Source of the DNA: Nageia nagi
Lineage: Eukaryota; Plantae; Pinophyta
Direction of reading: 5' to 3'
Assembly (NCBI GenBank): GCA_050084985.1
Contig: JBITNC010000002.1
Coordinates: 37,758,001-37,822,000 of the forward strand
DNA length: 64,000 nucleotides
Shown piece by piece: positions 1 to 14,084 of this stretch. Position numbers and translations under genes: made by a program. Numbering within the stretch: the stretch's first letter is position 1; every line of letters starts with the position of its first letter. Below the pieces are notes generated by a model, which saw only the letters and a program-made list of their open reading frames with translations, was not told the origin of the DNA and ran no database searches.

Positions 1-618
1 GTAGTCCTCAATGCTTCGTTCCTTTTGTCGCAAATTTTGGAATTGGCGAAATAAGGTCTGGGAGTAGTCTACAGGCACAAATTTCCCTTTTAGCTTCTTC
101 TTCATTTTAGCCCAATCTCTGATCTTATCCTTGCCATCCCTTTGTCGCGTATTCTGTAGGTGATCCCACCAAATTAATGCATGTCCCTTCAACTTTGTGC
201 ATGCAAGCTTTACCTTCTTTTCTTCAGCAAGGTTACTCCATTCAAAATATTTTTCTAGGCTATTGATCCAATCGATCAACTCCTCTGGTTTTAATCCACC
301 AGCATACTCAGGAATCTCAATTTTGATCCCTGCATTATTTCCTTTAAGTCCTTCTAGAGCCCGTATCAACCGATTCTCAAAACATTGACCGTCTCCCATT
401 AGGTCTTCTTGTTCTGCATCCGTCTGAACCTCAGATCTAACTTCATCAACTGTACTTTCACCATCAAATTTTGGATCTAGATGGGCATTCATATTTCTCT
501 CTACCATGCGCTCAATTGCACCAGTTAGTTGCATTATTTGGGCCTGCAGATCCTCGATCTGCCTACTCATTTGAGTATAGGCACCTCTAGGTGCTCTGCC
601 TCCTCTCCTAGGTGGCAT
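1..618 (-). CDS. gag: Retrotransposon Gag (partial, no stop inside the window)
   Basis: ATG at 618; hand translation MPPRRGGRAPRG...IKIEIPEYAGGLKPEELIDWINSLEKYFEW...LKGHALIWWD...LFRQFQNLRQ, typical gypsy Gag. Absent from the ORF track, presumably because it has no stop in the window. Confidence 0.88.
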   Translation of the reverse strand, partial: MPPRRGGRAPRGAYTQMSRQIEDLQAQIMQLTGAIERMVERNMNAHLDPKFDGESTVDEVRSEVQTDAEQEDLMGDGQCFENRLIRALEGLKGNNAGIKIEIPEYAGGLKPEELIDWINSLEKYFEWSNLAEEKKVKLACTKLKGHALIWWDHLQNTRQRDGKDKIRDWAKMKKKLKGKFVPVDYSQTLFRQFQNLRQKERSIEDY

Positions 619-1151
619 CTTCTTCAATTTTCCCAGCGAGATCACACCCGCTCTGATACCAAATGATGTGAATTCAGCTATAACAGGAAAACAGAAATTG
701 AAATCCAGTCACAGAACATACAGAAGAAATCCAGACCACAAATACTCTTCTTATTCCTGAATCCACATGCTCTCCAAGAGAATACAATGCCCTTTAAATA
801 GCCACAAAAAAAACAAAAAAACCAGAATGAGTCGGATTGCACCCAAAATTTGCATGCGCATCCCTCTTACACTAATTAAGCAGTATCTAAAATATCCACC
901 CTTAACTAGAAGAAAAACAAGAGTTATTAAAGGCGCAACATGCAAAAAAGCCTAAAAAATCAGGAGTGCTCTTAAAAAAGCCTATTTTTCAGGCCTTAGA
1001 CGGATGAATCAGGCCTTAAAAATATCATTTTTTGGGTATGGCAGTTCTAGCGAACTTCCATAACTAGAAATTCATCACGAAGCCACAGTTTAAATTTCGA
1101 AGCAAAACGACCTCCGGATCAAAAGTTACGGCCCCGGCAACGCATGCATCA
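1..1151 (-). mobile_element. Ty3/gypsy LTR retrotransposon, 5' part (5' LTR 664-1151, PBS 650-661, gag running off the window edge)
   Basis: LTR bounded by TGATGCA...CACATCA on the minus strand; perfect tRNA-Met PBS TGGTATCAGAGC (plus gctctgatacca, 650-661) next to the LTR; open gag frame follows. Confidence 0.92.
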
Positions 1152-1179
1152 AATAATCAATCATGTGATATGAAAATCT

Positions 1180-3630
1180 TGTAGGATGTCTACTCCAATA
1201 CTCCATCGAAGTGATACAATCACTATCCTAAATTGATAAACAACCTTCAATAGAAGGTTGTCGATTAATGAAAGATGAGATACTAAAGATTCTTTGGAAG
1301 ACATCAAGGCAATAAGAAAGCTTATCTTACCAAGATAAATGTACTTACATTCTCTTTAACATTCATACATTTATAAAAACCATTCTCACATTTTATAACA
1401 ATAAATATAGCATTCAAACTTATTCAAATGTAACCTTTAAGGATGGGATTAAGGATTGAGCTCGACGATCCATATATAACTAATTTGATTAGTTATCACC
1501 CCATCAAATATAGGTCTTGGTTGGGGTTTATAGTTAATAACATAGGTTTTTCTATGTTAGCAATATATATTCCTAGATGGCAAGAACAAGAGTGGGAGAA
1601 AAAGGAGGCAAAGGGAACAATGGCAATAGCAAGGAGGGCTTAGACGATGAAGAACCAAAGCTTGCTAGATGGGATAACAAGGGGCTAGAAGGGAGAACTA
1701 CAATTGTTGCAATCAAAAGGAGTGATAATAAACTTAAGATTGCCTTAGCGAATTCTTTTGGGTTATGGCCAAGAAGGATGGATGTTGTGATAAACGTAAC
1801 ACCAAAGGCATTGCAAACCTTCTATGTAAATCTAGCTATGTGGGAAAGAGAACCTAAATCGAAGGTCATGGATAAAAAGGGTGACATTACATGTAAGTTT
1901 GTAATGGATGGACGAAAGATTAGAGATGTTTCTATGAATGAAGAATGTTAATGTCTACAATAGACGTAGAACCTTCATTGTGTTGATCAATGGTGTGGTG
2001 GTGGTCGATGTTGTTGGTGACAAATGGAACATGCAATTTTAGGATGATTTAATATTGATCTCTGGAGAGATGATGCTTGGGGATGATCAATCAATAGGAG
2101 AAAGGATTAGAGTTGGTGATCTGTGTAGAGATTAATATGTTCTTAAGATTCAAAACACTAAGTTCTTGGTTGATAATGAGAGCAAGGAAGTTGAACAAGG
2201 ATGTGTGCCTTGGTTTGTTATAAAATGTTTGATCATGAGGGCTTAAGTATATGAGAGATTTATTAATGGCGATGATACGATAAGAGATGGAAGTCATTTT
2301 GGAGATCACTTTATTATGATAATAGGTACAAGTTTTGATAGTAGTAAAGCAAACAATGCAAGAGGTTGGGATGTGTTATTGCATGCTCCTTTTATGGCCT
2401 CAGAATCACTTGAGATAGGATGGACAATAAATCTTCGATTGGGATGGTGCCTTTAGAACCCTAGACATAGATATGGAAGGGGCTAAAATTTGAAATAAGA
2501 GTTTTGACTTTTGAACTAGATAAAAACTACTCAAGGGGCTTTTGAAACCCTTGGTAAGGAGAAGGAGCTTTCTGGGATTTTGGACAAAGATTTAGCGAGT
2601 AAATTTGGCCTTATGGAAGGAGTTGATAGAGGAAGGATCGTGGATGGCTTTAATGGCTGCTTTAGGGGCAGATTCTTTCTACTTGGGCAAATTTTTGTTT
2701 TGTTTTAGGTACATCCATTGTTGTACAGATGGTTGTTGGAAAAAATGAGGGTATGATGCAAGGTTTTGTGATAATTTCAGACACATTATGGATACAAATG
2801 GCTAATGAAGTCAAAGAAGGAAGTTTGAGTCACATGAAGGATAGAAACAAGTTTCAAATTTGGGATTCTAACTTAGTTTCAAATGATGTATCATTGTATG
2901 GAATCTTTGGAGAAGAATTCCTTCCCAAACCAAGGGTTTGGAATATATTTATGATTGTGGCTTATGAGTTGTCTTGTTTTGAAGTAGTATTTAGGGTTTT
3001 GGAGGCTCATGTGCTAATGGTATACTTGATCAATATTTGTAAAGAGTTTGATGGGAGGGTTTTTAAATCCTTGGATGTATGCAGGATGGAAAAGGGCTTC
3101 ATGATTTTAGCCCTATTCAAAAAATTTGTTGCTCTCTGAAGCACGCAAAGATGGTATTGGTGACCAAGGCCAAATTGGGATTTATGAAACCCTAGCCAAG
3201 TTAGAGGAGCTTTTACTAAGAAGGTCGTAGGAGGTGATCTTCAAGTTCTCTGAAGATCATCTGCAAGAAGGTCTATGGAGACTTTCTCCAACATTCTCCC
3301 ATGAGAAAGGGGTTCTTTTTCTTTAATGGAGAAATGGTCTTGTTGCACAGGAACTATATTTTTTTAATCCTTTTATCATGTTTCAAATACGGTTTGATTT
3401 TCATATGGGTAAGGATCATTTGGGGTCTCCTAGTCCATTTTTTTTAGCAACAACTATGTTTTTAATTATTAGGTTATTATCCTTTGTTTTGATTGGCAGG
3501 ATTTTCCTAGAGACCTACTAGATCCATTTGGTCTCTGTTTTGTTTTATGAAGCACATTGAATATGCAAAGGTTAATGTAAAAGATTGTGGGTCCTTTCAA
3601 AACTCCTATTTTTATTATTAATAAAAAAGT
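1180..3630. mobile_element. Highly degenerate TE-derived sequence, possibly LINE-like
   Basis: Coding-like composition with many stops and an A-rich end near 3610-3630; no clear motif recognised. Confidence 0.3.
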
Positions 3631-4616
3631 ATATAGAGAACTTATATATATATAATATATATAAGTTCCTAACTAACAAGTATTCAATCTTGTGCTCTTG
3701 AAATCAATTAAACTTTTAAAGACAAGGATTTACTATCCTGACTAACAACTATTCAATCTTATGCTCTACAAAATCACAAATGTTAGCTTACAACCTCCTA
3801 CTCCTACTATTGCAAAAGTTCTAATTCTATTAGCAATACCTGGATCATGATTTGAATTCATTATAGATCTCAAATGCATATGAAAATAAACAACAAATGT
3901 TAAGAACAAATTCATTGTCTTACTAAACAGCAAATTCATGCCAATCAAAAATTGTTCAATAAACAAGTCATAGTAGTTCAACAAAATCCAGCAAGGTTAT
4001 GATCCTATTGGGTCGGGCCATGACACATATGACTATTGACTATATGTTGCTCGTGGATAAATTGAGGAACTAAATAACAAATGAATTGCAAATACATAAG
4101 TCTATAACATGATATCTATTATCAAGCCCTACAATCAAGTAAATACTTATATTTGTTAATTATTTTGAACTTTTAACTTAATTTCTTCATATGTTAAATT
4201 GATCATTTAATTCATTATTTTTATATATTTATGGTGGGATGATTGGAATGACAAATTGTAAGTTCACTCAAAGGTTGCAATATGAGTTATGGGGCAATCA
4301 CATAATGTTTCAAAGTGTAACCATAGTTGGAGCACCTTTGAGTGATAAGTATTTGAATGACTAATTCTTAATGCACTATAGTTGATGCCTCTTGACATAA
4401 ACAAAGTCAACGATCCAAATATGATCCCATGGATTTGGATGCCATTTCTCCACAATTTTAAAGGATGTAATATCAATACTTTGAAGTTATCTTCTATAGT
4501 AGAAGAAAAGGCATGTTCAATAAATAAAAAATCAACAACACAAGGAGAGGATTTTCACAAGCCACAATCAATTAGTCAAAGCAAAAAGAATTCTTAGGGC
4601 AAAGACAAAGCATTTG

Positions 4617-7600
4617 TGAAGATTTGCACAGAAAGCAAATCAAACCCAAAAATGAAAATGTAAGAGCACCACAAAAACAAGGAGAGAAGCTAGAATCCTC
4701 AGAATTGATCAATTTGAAATGAGAATGGGGCCCAAATAAATAGGGCAAATTCAAGCTAGTGTACAATAGCATGCCAACCATGTGTGAAGGTAAAATCCAC
4801 AAAGTGATAAAGAAGTGGTTATCACCACAACAAACTAGCTATAAATAAGAAGAATTAGGAAATAAATAAAATACTCCTAAGTGATCTTAATACTCTAACA
4901 CCCCCTCTTAAGTGAACAACGAGGTAAAGTGGTAGAATACAAAAAATGAGTCCTAGTAACAAGGCCTGATCAGGTACTCATATACAATATGTGCAAAGAA
5001 TCTAGTGAAAGATGATAAAAAAAAACCACATGGGGAAAAAACCATCTCATAGTAGAAGAGGGAGGATGGAGAGGATGACTCTTCATCAACACCCCTCAAG
5101 GACAACTTCCTTCACCCCAAGAAAGCCATGCAACTCAAAGAAACGAGGTGATACAAAGGATTTAGTGAAGATGTTCGTGATCTTCTGCTCTGTAGGAATG
5201 TACTCTAAGCAGAGAATACGATCCTAAATATGTTGACGGATGAAGTGCATGTGGACCTCAATATGTTTGGTACGTTGATGCTCAACAAGATTGCATGAAA
5301 TATGAATCACGATTTGATTGTCACACCAAAGAACTATGGTTCGATACTAGGGGTAGCCAAACTCCTCCAATAATTACTGAAGCTAATGTGCCTCCTGAAT
5401 CGCATAAACAACTTCTATATACTCTACCTCAATCAATGATAGTGCAATAGCTTGTTGCTTCTTGCATGACCAATCGATGGGAGAAGTACCAAGAGAAAAT
5501 ACATGGTCAGAAGTGGAACGATGATCATCAAAAGAACCAACCCAATCAGAATTTGTATATCCACTCAACACTGGAATACCTCTTGTAATGCAAACTGAAG
5601 TGGGTAGTGCCCCTCACATATCGAAGAATCCTCTTGGCTTCCTACCAATGAGACTCATGAGGGGTCTGTGCAAACCAAAAAATAAGCCCAACAACATACA
5701 AAATATCTGGTCGAGTATGGGTGAGATATAGAAGACTCCCAACCAATTGATGATACAAAGTAGCACCACACAGTGGTGAAGTGCAAGTGGAAGTCAAACT
5801 CGCCCTACTCTAAAAAGCAATTGGAGAAGGATTGCAATCCACCATCCTAAACCGTTGAATAAGATCCAAGGTATATTTCTGCTAAGATATGGAAATCCTT
5901 GAATCTATTTGTGTCACATGAAAACCAAGAAAGTAATGAGCAAATCCAATGTCTGCCATCTCAAATCTCTCGGCGAGAGCTTGCTGAACTGTTTGAATGT
6001 GAGAGCAAGAGGTGTCGATGAGAAGAAGGTCGTCAACATACAACATCAAAATAGTGGTATCTGATCCATGTCTCCAGATATAGACTGTAGGGTTGGAGGA
6101 ACATCGTACAAAATCAATGGAGAGGAGAAAAAAATCCATCTTCTCATATCATGCTCAAGGAGCTTGTTTGAGGCCATAGAGAGATTTTCTAAGCCTACAA
6201 ACAAGTGAGGAATCCTTGATAAAACTGATGGGCTACTCCATATAGATCTCCTCATGCAAATCATCATGCAAAAAGGTGCTCTTCACATCCATCTGAAACA
6301 CTAACCATCCTTGAGCAGTAACAAGAGCAAGTACAAGAAAAATTGAATCCATCTTGGCCACAAGGGCAAAGATCTCATAGTAGTCAATCCCTTCAACTTG
6401 TGAGAATCCTTTGGTAATAAGACGAGCCTTATACTTATCAATGGAACCATTAGCTGCATACTTGATTCAGTACACCCATTTACACCGAACCAACTTCCTC
6501 CCATGGAGAAGAGAAACAAGCTCCCAAGTACTATTCTTCAATAAGGAAGAATACTTAGTTGTCATGGCATCATCCCACTCCAGTATACCATGAGCCTCTG
6601 AAAAAGTCTATGGATCACCTGAATGTGCTTGACCAACAAGATAGGAATCGATGGAATGGAGGCGGGAAGGAGGGAGATCCTTGATGAAAGATGTTGCATC
6701 CTCAAGTGTAGAGTGAGCCCATTTAGGCATGCAACTACCAGCAGTGAAAGAAGATGCAACATCAACAAGAGGAGTAACAACAACTGCAGGTGTAGGAGGA
6801 TCAATAGCTATTGTGAAAGCAACAACCTCAAGAATATCCTTCGCATGAAAGACCTCAAAAGATGTGTCATAGGAGTCAGGTAAGACCACGGAAGGAGATG
6901 AAGAGGGAGAATTAGGAAGGCGCTCATCAAACTGAAGATGAGTGTGGAAGAAAAGATCATGGGTATCTGGATCAATCAATCAATACACCCTCATATCCTT
7001 ATTATAGCCAATAAATATGAGAGGCTTGCTCTTCTTATCCAAGGCCTCACGCTTGGTCTTCGGAATGAAAGCCCAAGCATGACTACCAAACACTTTGAAG
7101 CATGAAAAATCTAGTTTGGTTCCACTCCAAGCCTCTTCAAGAGTTACGTGATCAAGTGCTCAATGAGGAGTGCAATTTTGGATGTAATTCGCATAATTGA
7201 CTGCCTCGGCTCAAAAAATAGGAGGTAAGTCTCTAGAATGCATCATACAACTAGCCATCTGCTTCAGTGTTTTGTTCTTCCTTTTTGCAACTCCATTCTG
7301 CTATTGAGTGTGAGGAACTAAATGCTGATGAATTATTCTATGCTTTCAAGGAACTCTGAAAACTCAATGTTGAAGTACTCCCCCCCATTGTTTGTGCAAA
7401 GCTTCTTGATGCAACTTAAAGATTGATTCTCAACCAAAGCCTTGAAGACTTTGAAGTGAGAAAAGACATCACTCTTGTACTTGAGAAAATACACCAAGTA
7501 CATCTCAAGAAATCATCAATAAAAGTGAGTACATATCAAGCTCCAGTGAAGGATGGGTGTGGAAAGATCATCAAGTCGCTATGCACCAATTCTAAAAGAG

Positions 7601-10600
7601 AAGAGGCACAATTAGCTTTACCTTTAGGAAAAGTGTCTTAATGTTGCTTCCCAAGAGCACAACTAGGAAAAACACCATCAGAACAAGACACCTTAGGCAA
7701 GCCAGTGACCACATCATGAGAATGCAACTGTTGCAAATATCTATAGTTGAGGTGCCCAAACCTCTCATGCCAAAGTCTACTCATAGAATCTACATGGGAA
7801 ACCAAACTATTACCTGAATTAGTATCATCAAAGCCCTCAAACTGATAAAGCCTCAAGGAATGGTCAAAATCACCTCATGCACAAAGTGACAATGGCTCTC
7901 GAAAACTACAGATCTCAAAATCATCAAGTGCAAATAAAACGATCCTTCCACCACCAGTATTAGAAATCTGATACACAAAAAGAAGGTTGGCAAAGAGATT
8001 AGGAACCAAAAGCATATCAAGGAGGCAACCACTTGCAACAAGAATGTCCCCTTTCCCCTTCACAGAAATGTGAGAGGAATCACCAACCTCGATACTAGAA
8101 GTAGAAGTAAAACAAAGATATGGAAAAGAATCTCTGGATGGAGTCATGTGATGAGAGGCACCTGAATCCATAAGCCAACTCTCTGAAATAGAATGTCCCT
8201 TCCCATAAGCTTTCAAAGTCTTGCCTGATACATGAGAAGTTTCAGATTTTTGCTTCTTTTTATCATCTTTCATATTTTTGTAACATTTTTCAATGACATA
8301 TCCAAGCTTCCCATAATAAGAACAAGTAGGCTTTTCTTTCTCTTGAGTGGATTTAGAGTCAAGGACTTTTGGAGTTGGCTATGGTGTAGTGGGCTTAGGC
8401 TTGGGCTTGGGCTTGCTATTACATTTACCTTTAGATATTGTTAATGCCTTAGATAAAGATGAAGATGCCTCAAGAGTTGAAATTTTAGTCTTTTCCCTTG
8501 TAAGACATTCACAAAATTCTTTTAAGTTAAGCATTATGAATTTATCACCCATATCATCCATTGTAGAGAGGAATGTAGAAGCAAATACATAGAATGGACC
8601 CTTCAATTTTGATTAAATCAAATAAATATATTCTTCCTCTTTCTTCTTTTTACCACTACCCAACAAGTATGTGTACAACTCCTTAAATTTAGTGAAATAA
8701 TCAACCATGGTGGGATAGTCATCAAAAGATAAACCAGTAAGTTGAGCATCAATTTGCATGGCTCTCATTGTGTCAACTTTACCAAACAAAGATTTCAATT
8801 TATCCCATGCTTCATGTGGTGTGGTTATGCTATCAAGATGAAACCACAAGCCTCACTAACATTTGATTTTATTAGCCCAAATGCCTCACTAGTTGCCTTT
8901 GTGAATGAACAAGTTTCATAGTTTGATTTCAATGTGAATTTTTGCTCCTTAATGAGTGTATTTAGTCCTATTTGTGTTAATATTGTCAACATCAATGGTT
9001 TCCAAGTGTTGTAATTATGAGATGTGAGAGGTTCAATTTTAAATGGTGAATGCTCCATCTCAAAACACCAAGAAAACCAGAAACCAAGAAATAAGGAAGG
9101 TGCAAAAATCTGCACCCGACACAAGAAGACCCCACCCAAATTTTATTCATTTTCGAAGGACCCCCCATTAAAAAAAAAAAAAAACTTATCATCAAGGCTT
9201 ACAATGCAAATGGCTGAAAAGATCTCGTCTCCACCTTTATAATGCAAAAAATGACATTCCAATCCAATTCCGTTTGCACAAGTTACACAATTAAATGTGT
9301 ATGCCTTCAAATTAAATTAATAACCCTCCTAGACTATTAAAAAATCAAAATATTTATTCAACTTTAAAAATTAGAAAAATATTTACTTTTTTTTATTTTT
9401 CAGCAGACTATAAAGGAGCCAGAAAATAATTAAAAACCTGCAAATGGCAGCACGAAGATCGAACTCGAAGGGAGAAGAGAGTGAGGTTCCAAGGGGCAGC
9501 GCCCCTGCCATGCCTCCCCTGTCACGAGACGGAGAAATTTTTTTGTTTTGAGTGCTAAAAGCACTTATCCGGAGCTCGTTGTAGGATCACGATAGAGCTA
9601 TAAAGCCAGAGAAGGCAGCACTTGCAGATGTGGATGCCAAGAGACAACACGGGTTGGGAGCAAAGAAGCCAGACTGAGAGAGAAACCGCAAGAGACTGCC
9701 AAATCGCGTACCCTATGGCAGCCGTGAGGAATGTCCTGCAGAGATGCGGAGGGATGCCTCAGAGAGGGAGCACCACAATTTCTAACGGGCACAAAAGCGC
9801 TAGGAACCCAGATGTGCAGATTCAGTGAGAACCAATGCGATTCAGCCAAATTGAGATGGGAAGAGACAGGAGCCGGTGTGGTAAGTTGACGCAGGGATCT
9901 GAAGCAGTCACAAAGTGATGCTCAACGTCCACAAAGTATGCGCCAAACGTAGAAGACGTGAGGAGGCGAGGATGAGCACAACGCATGTTTGAGGACGTTA
10001 GAAACCAAGCCAGAGAGAGCCCACGATGCACAGGAGGCGTGATCATGAGATATGGACGTGAGCAGTGCGGGAGGCTGCACTGGGTGCATTGTTTGTTGAG
10101 GCAAATCTAGCACAAGGGGAGGTGGGACGTAGGCTGAAGGGAGTTCAACAATGGACTGCATATCACAATGCTGCCAAAAACCCAGCCACGCTCAACACAG
10201 GGGGTTAATTAACAATGTCGGAGGAGTGATCTTAAACTAAGAAGGAAGAAAGGGAGTGCAACTAGGAAACAATTTGGACAACTCAGAAGAATCATCATCA
10301 GATCTGAAAAAATTTCACAAAAGAAGTTTGATGCCTGCAAGAATCCAACCTACTATAGTACCATATGAAGATTCATACGAAGAGCAAATCAATTTCAGAA
10401 AGGAAAATGCAAGAGCACCACTAAAACGAGAGAAGGTAGAACCCTTGGAATTGATCAATCTGAAATGAAAATGGAACCCAAATAAATAGGGCAAATACAA
10501 GCTATTGTACAACAACATGCCAACCATGCCTGAAGGCAAAATCTATAAAATGACAAAGAAATGGTTATCACCACAACAGACGAGCTAGAAATAAGAAGAC

Positions 10601-10647
10601 CTAGGAAATAAATAAAATAATCCTAAGTGATCTTAATACTCTTAACA
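4617..10647 (-). mobile_element. Full-length but degenerate Ty1/copia LTR retrotransposon
   Basis: Two ~280 bp LTRs (4617-4900, 10366-10647; plus strand tgaaga...aaca), roughly 80% alike by eye; degenerate PBS 10352-10363; PPT 4901-4910; fragments of gag (AWDKLKSLFG), protease (WLMDSGASHHM), GAG-pre-integrase (LWHERFGHLNY), RT (LYVDDLL) and RNase H (GYTNSDWVG) broken by stops and frameshifts. Confidence 0.93.
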
Positions 10648-10785
10648 ATATTTAGGACACATTGATTGGTCTTAATGCATTTGAGGCTCAATTTATACAT
10701 TTTGTAATTCAATTCTCCTTATTAAAAGAAAACATTGTATTTATATTTCCTAATATATTTTTTGATGGTTGATGTAAAAAATCAA

Positions 10786-11650
10786 GGGAAACTTACCAAA
10801 ATACTCATGTAAGTTTATGAAATTACCAAAATACCTTTTAATCTATAAAAATTACCAAAATACCCTTTATAAATTCATAGAATTACCAAAATACCTTTCA
10901 ATCTTAAAAAATTACCAAAAAACTCTTGTAAGTTCATGAAAATTAACAAAATACCCTTGAATTTTATGAATTAAAAAATAAAATATATTTTCATACTCTT
11001 ATAAAAAAATTTAATAATTACAATATTTCATTTTATTTATTTATTATTTAGAAAAATGAATACTTTTAATTAATTGTAATAAAAATTCATTGCAAAATTC
11101 ACATCTTACATACCATGAATCTAAAAGACCATCATATCATATTAACATACATTTCTTTAAAAAATTATAATTAAAAAAAAATTATTTATTATTTAAACAA
11201 TAACATAACTATCCAATTTTTCCAATTCATATAAGAATTATATTTATTTCAATTTATGTAAGAATATTTATTTATTTCATTTAAACAATATTTTACAAAT
11301 TTATTGGATTATTTTAATAATATTTTTTTAACATTCTACCTACTATGATTTTATATAGTTAAAAAAATTACATTAAAAAAATTTAAATGAATTAAATGAA
11401 ATGCTAAATTCTTTTCATTATTTTAATTTTTTATAAAAGTATTAAATTATTTTTTATTTTTTTAATTCATAAGTTTTAAAGGTATATTGGTAAATTTCAT
11501 AAGCATATAGAGGTATTTTGGTAATTTTTACAGATTGAAGGGTAATTAGGTAATTTTCATGAACTTTTAAGGGTATTTTGGTAATTTTAAAAAATTGAGG
11601 GGTATTTTGGTAATTTCATGAACTTGCAGAAGTATTTTGGTAAGTTTTCC
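10786..11650. mobile_element. Mutator-like MITE / foldback element, copy 1
   Basis: About 190 bp terminal inverted repeats built from AATTACCAAAATACC subrepeats (gggaaacttacc...ggtaagttttcc), AT-rich core, near-identical 9-bp flanks aaaaatcaa / aaaaaacaa. Confidence 0.85.
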
Positions 11651-12389
11651 AAAAAACAATTGTCAAAATATCTTTTGATAGCAGATGCAAAGCAACAAAA
11701 TTTATGTTAGAATAAAGGTAAAATGCTTGGAAAACATTGATTGATATTTTGATGCATTTTGTGGTTCACTTTGCATATTTTGTAATTTAATTTTCCTCTT
11801 ACTAATATAAAATATTGCATTTCTAATTCCTAATATGTTATTTAACGGCAGACCTGGGGCCTGACTTGGTGATCAACACATACCCATGAAGAGACATCAG
11901 TTATGAATTAAAAAGCGTCTCATAGAATTAGAGGACGTGTCATGCTAGTATCGCCAGTTATATTAAAGACTTGTCAATATATCTTTTTCTTTTATTTCTT
12001 TTTAGGCAAGTCAAAAACCCAAATGATTTTTTGTCTAGTTCGAGTCTTACATCTTATGCTATAAAATTTGCTATGAATTGCTATGCTTAGCATGTATCGG
12101 AGCAAAAGCTAATTCTCAACCAAATATATGTCGGTCTGGTGAACCAATTAGGCTTGAGATTCCTCCCTCACAGCAAGTTGAATTCTTAATCAACAATAGT
12201 TAGTACAGTTGGTTCTTTTTGAGATTTTTAGGCTGCCCAAATATGTTTTTATGTACTTCAATTATGACTTTTGTATTCATGTCTGAATTTACAAACATGC
12301 AGAGTAGTCTCTGCATGATTAGAAGTAGTGCAGACTATAGACAATCATATGTGAGAAATCACAATAACTGCAGATGCATATTACTAATG

Positions 12390-12650
12390 ATAGAATTTGA
12401 GACTTACTTCAAAGATAGTATATACTAAACACAGAACTTTAAACTACAGACACCAGTTGAGAAAATGAAATTGTTTAAGACCAGAATTTGAAAGTACTTG
12501 ATGCTGAAGACTGTATACTAATGACAGAATTTGAGACTTACAGTCAAAGATAGCATATTCTTATCACGGAGCTTTCAACTAGAGACACCAGTCCAGAATA
12601 TGAAATTGTTTAAGACCAGAATCGGAAAGTACTTGATGCTGAAGACTACG
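12390..12650. repeat. Direct tandem duplication, ~130 bp x2
   Basis: agaatttgagacttac...aaattgtttaagaccagaat...aagtacttgatgctgaagact occurs twice back to back. Confidence 0.85.
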
Positions 12651-14084
12651 GAAATTGCAAAGGGATATCATTGTTTGTTTGTGCAGGAGGATCAGCCCAG
12701 ATTGATGCTATTCTTCATCTCTAAAGTACATTCCTCTTATGTCATCACTGCAGCAGTCCCAGTTTTTGTAGTTCTACATGAAGAAGAGGTTAAGCGTAAG
12801 GAGAGCTGTGCTATCGTGAAGAGGTTGAAAGTTTATTTGTGAGACTGCTTATCCAGAGTTTCCCCTTTCCCAGCTTGTCCATGCGGCTTTTGTGGGCCCA
12901 AAATATTCTCATTCACTTTGAAAGTGCCAAAAACCATTCCAGTGGGGAAGGGATTTGTTGCCCCATCATGTCCAACTTGATTTGTTGTACCCAAATTATA
13001 TTCTCATGAGTATTAGCCCATTTTACATAAAAGTTCATTTTGTGGCAGAAATTTTCTACAGCTTTGTAAACATTCCACTGTCCCTGCGTGGTGCTTGGAT
13101 TGCATTAAATATAAGGCACTGTTGCCATTGGGATTGAGAAGAGCATAAGGATCACAGAGGCCTCATTGCTTAATAATCATAAATGTTTTCCCCTTCTCTT
13201 GCTGAATCTTGCATCCTTCGCCTTTGAAACTGTCACACCTTTGTAAAGAGTGGATAAGATGTATAGTAAAAAGTGATTTTCATGTGACTGTCAAACTCCA
13301 GCAATTCTAGTGTGTGACACTTGGTAAGGATCATAATGCAATCTTGTGCACATGAGGTAATGACAGATTCTAGCCTTGCAGCACATGAAAATCTGCTGGG
13401 TGTTATATTCTCAAGGCGCATTACTTATCCGGATATCCATTGTGTTCAAAGAGAGGTTTTCTGATGTTAAATAATTAATGGTATAACATAGAGAGTACGA
13501 CTGTTGGCATGTCTCTCATTTTACGAATTCCAGTCACCATTTTCGATCTAATAATACAGAAACATGACAAACATTGTTCCATGCTATCTTGATATTCGAT
13601 TTTCCTGTTATCAGTATTTACTACTACAATTGTCATCCACAAAGGACTCTGTCATAACATAAGCGAATTGAAGGATTACTGAAATATAGAGGAAGATGCC
13701 TTAACTTCTTGGGGAGCATAAAATCTTTCTATAGGCTTAAACCAAAGAGGAAGCCTCCAAGATTTTTACATGGACTGCAAAAGATTTTCTCAAATCGAAT
13801 TGTAAAGGATTAAAAAGGTACATGCACCATAAAGTCATGTGAAGTCTTCCTGCCATTACTAAAAACTAAATGACTCCGAAAACTTAAATACCTGAAACTT
13901 CCCGGCAATCAAAAACTTGTATCAAACCAGGTAAGAAATTTTTCGTTGGTGCTAGACTAGGATACAATAACGCTGTTAGAACTAAATCAATTTTTTCTCC
14001 ATGATATCATCTTCCTCAAAAGATAAATGAAAATAGACCATAGCTAAGCATGGATTGCACTCAAGTTTGGTATTTAGTTATGCC

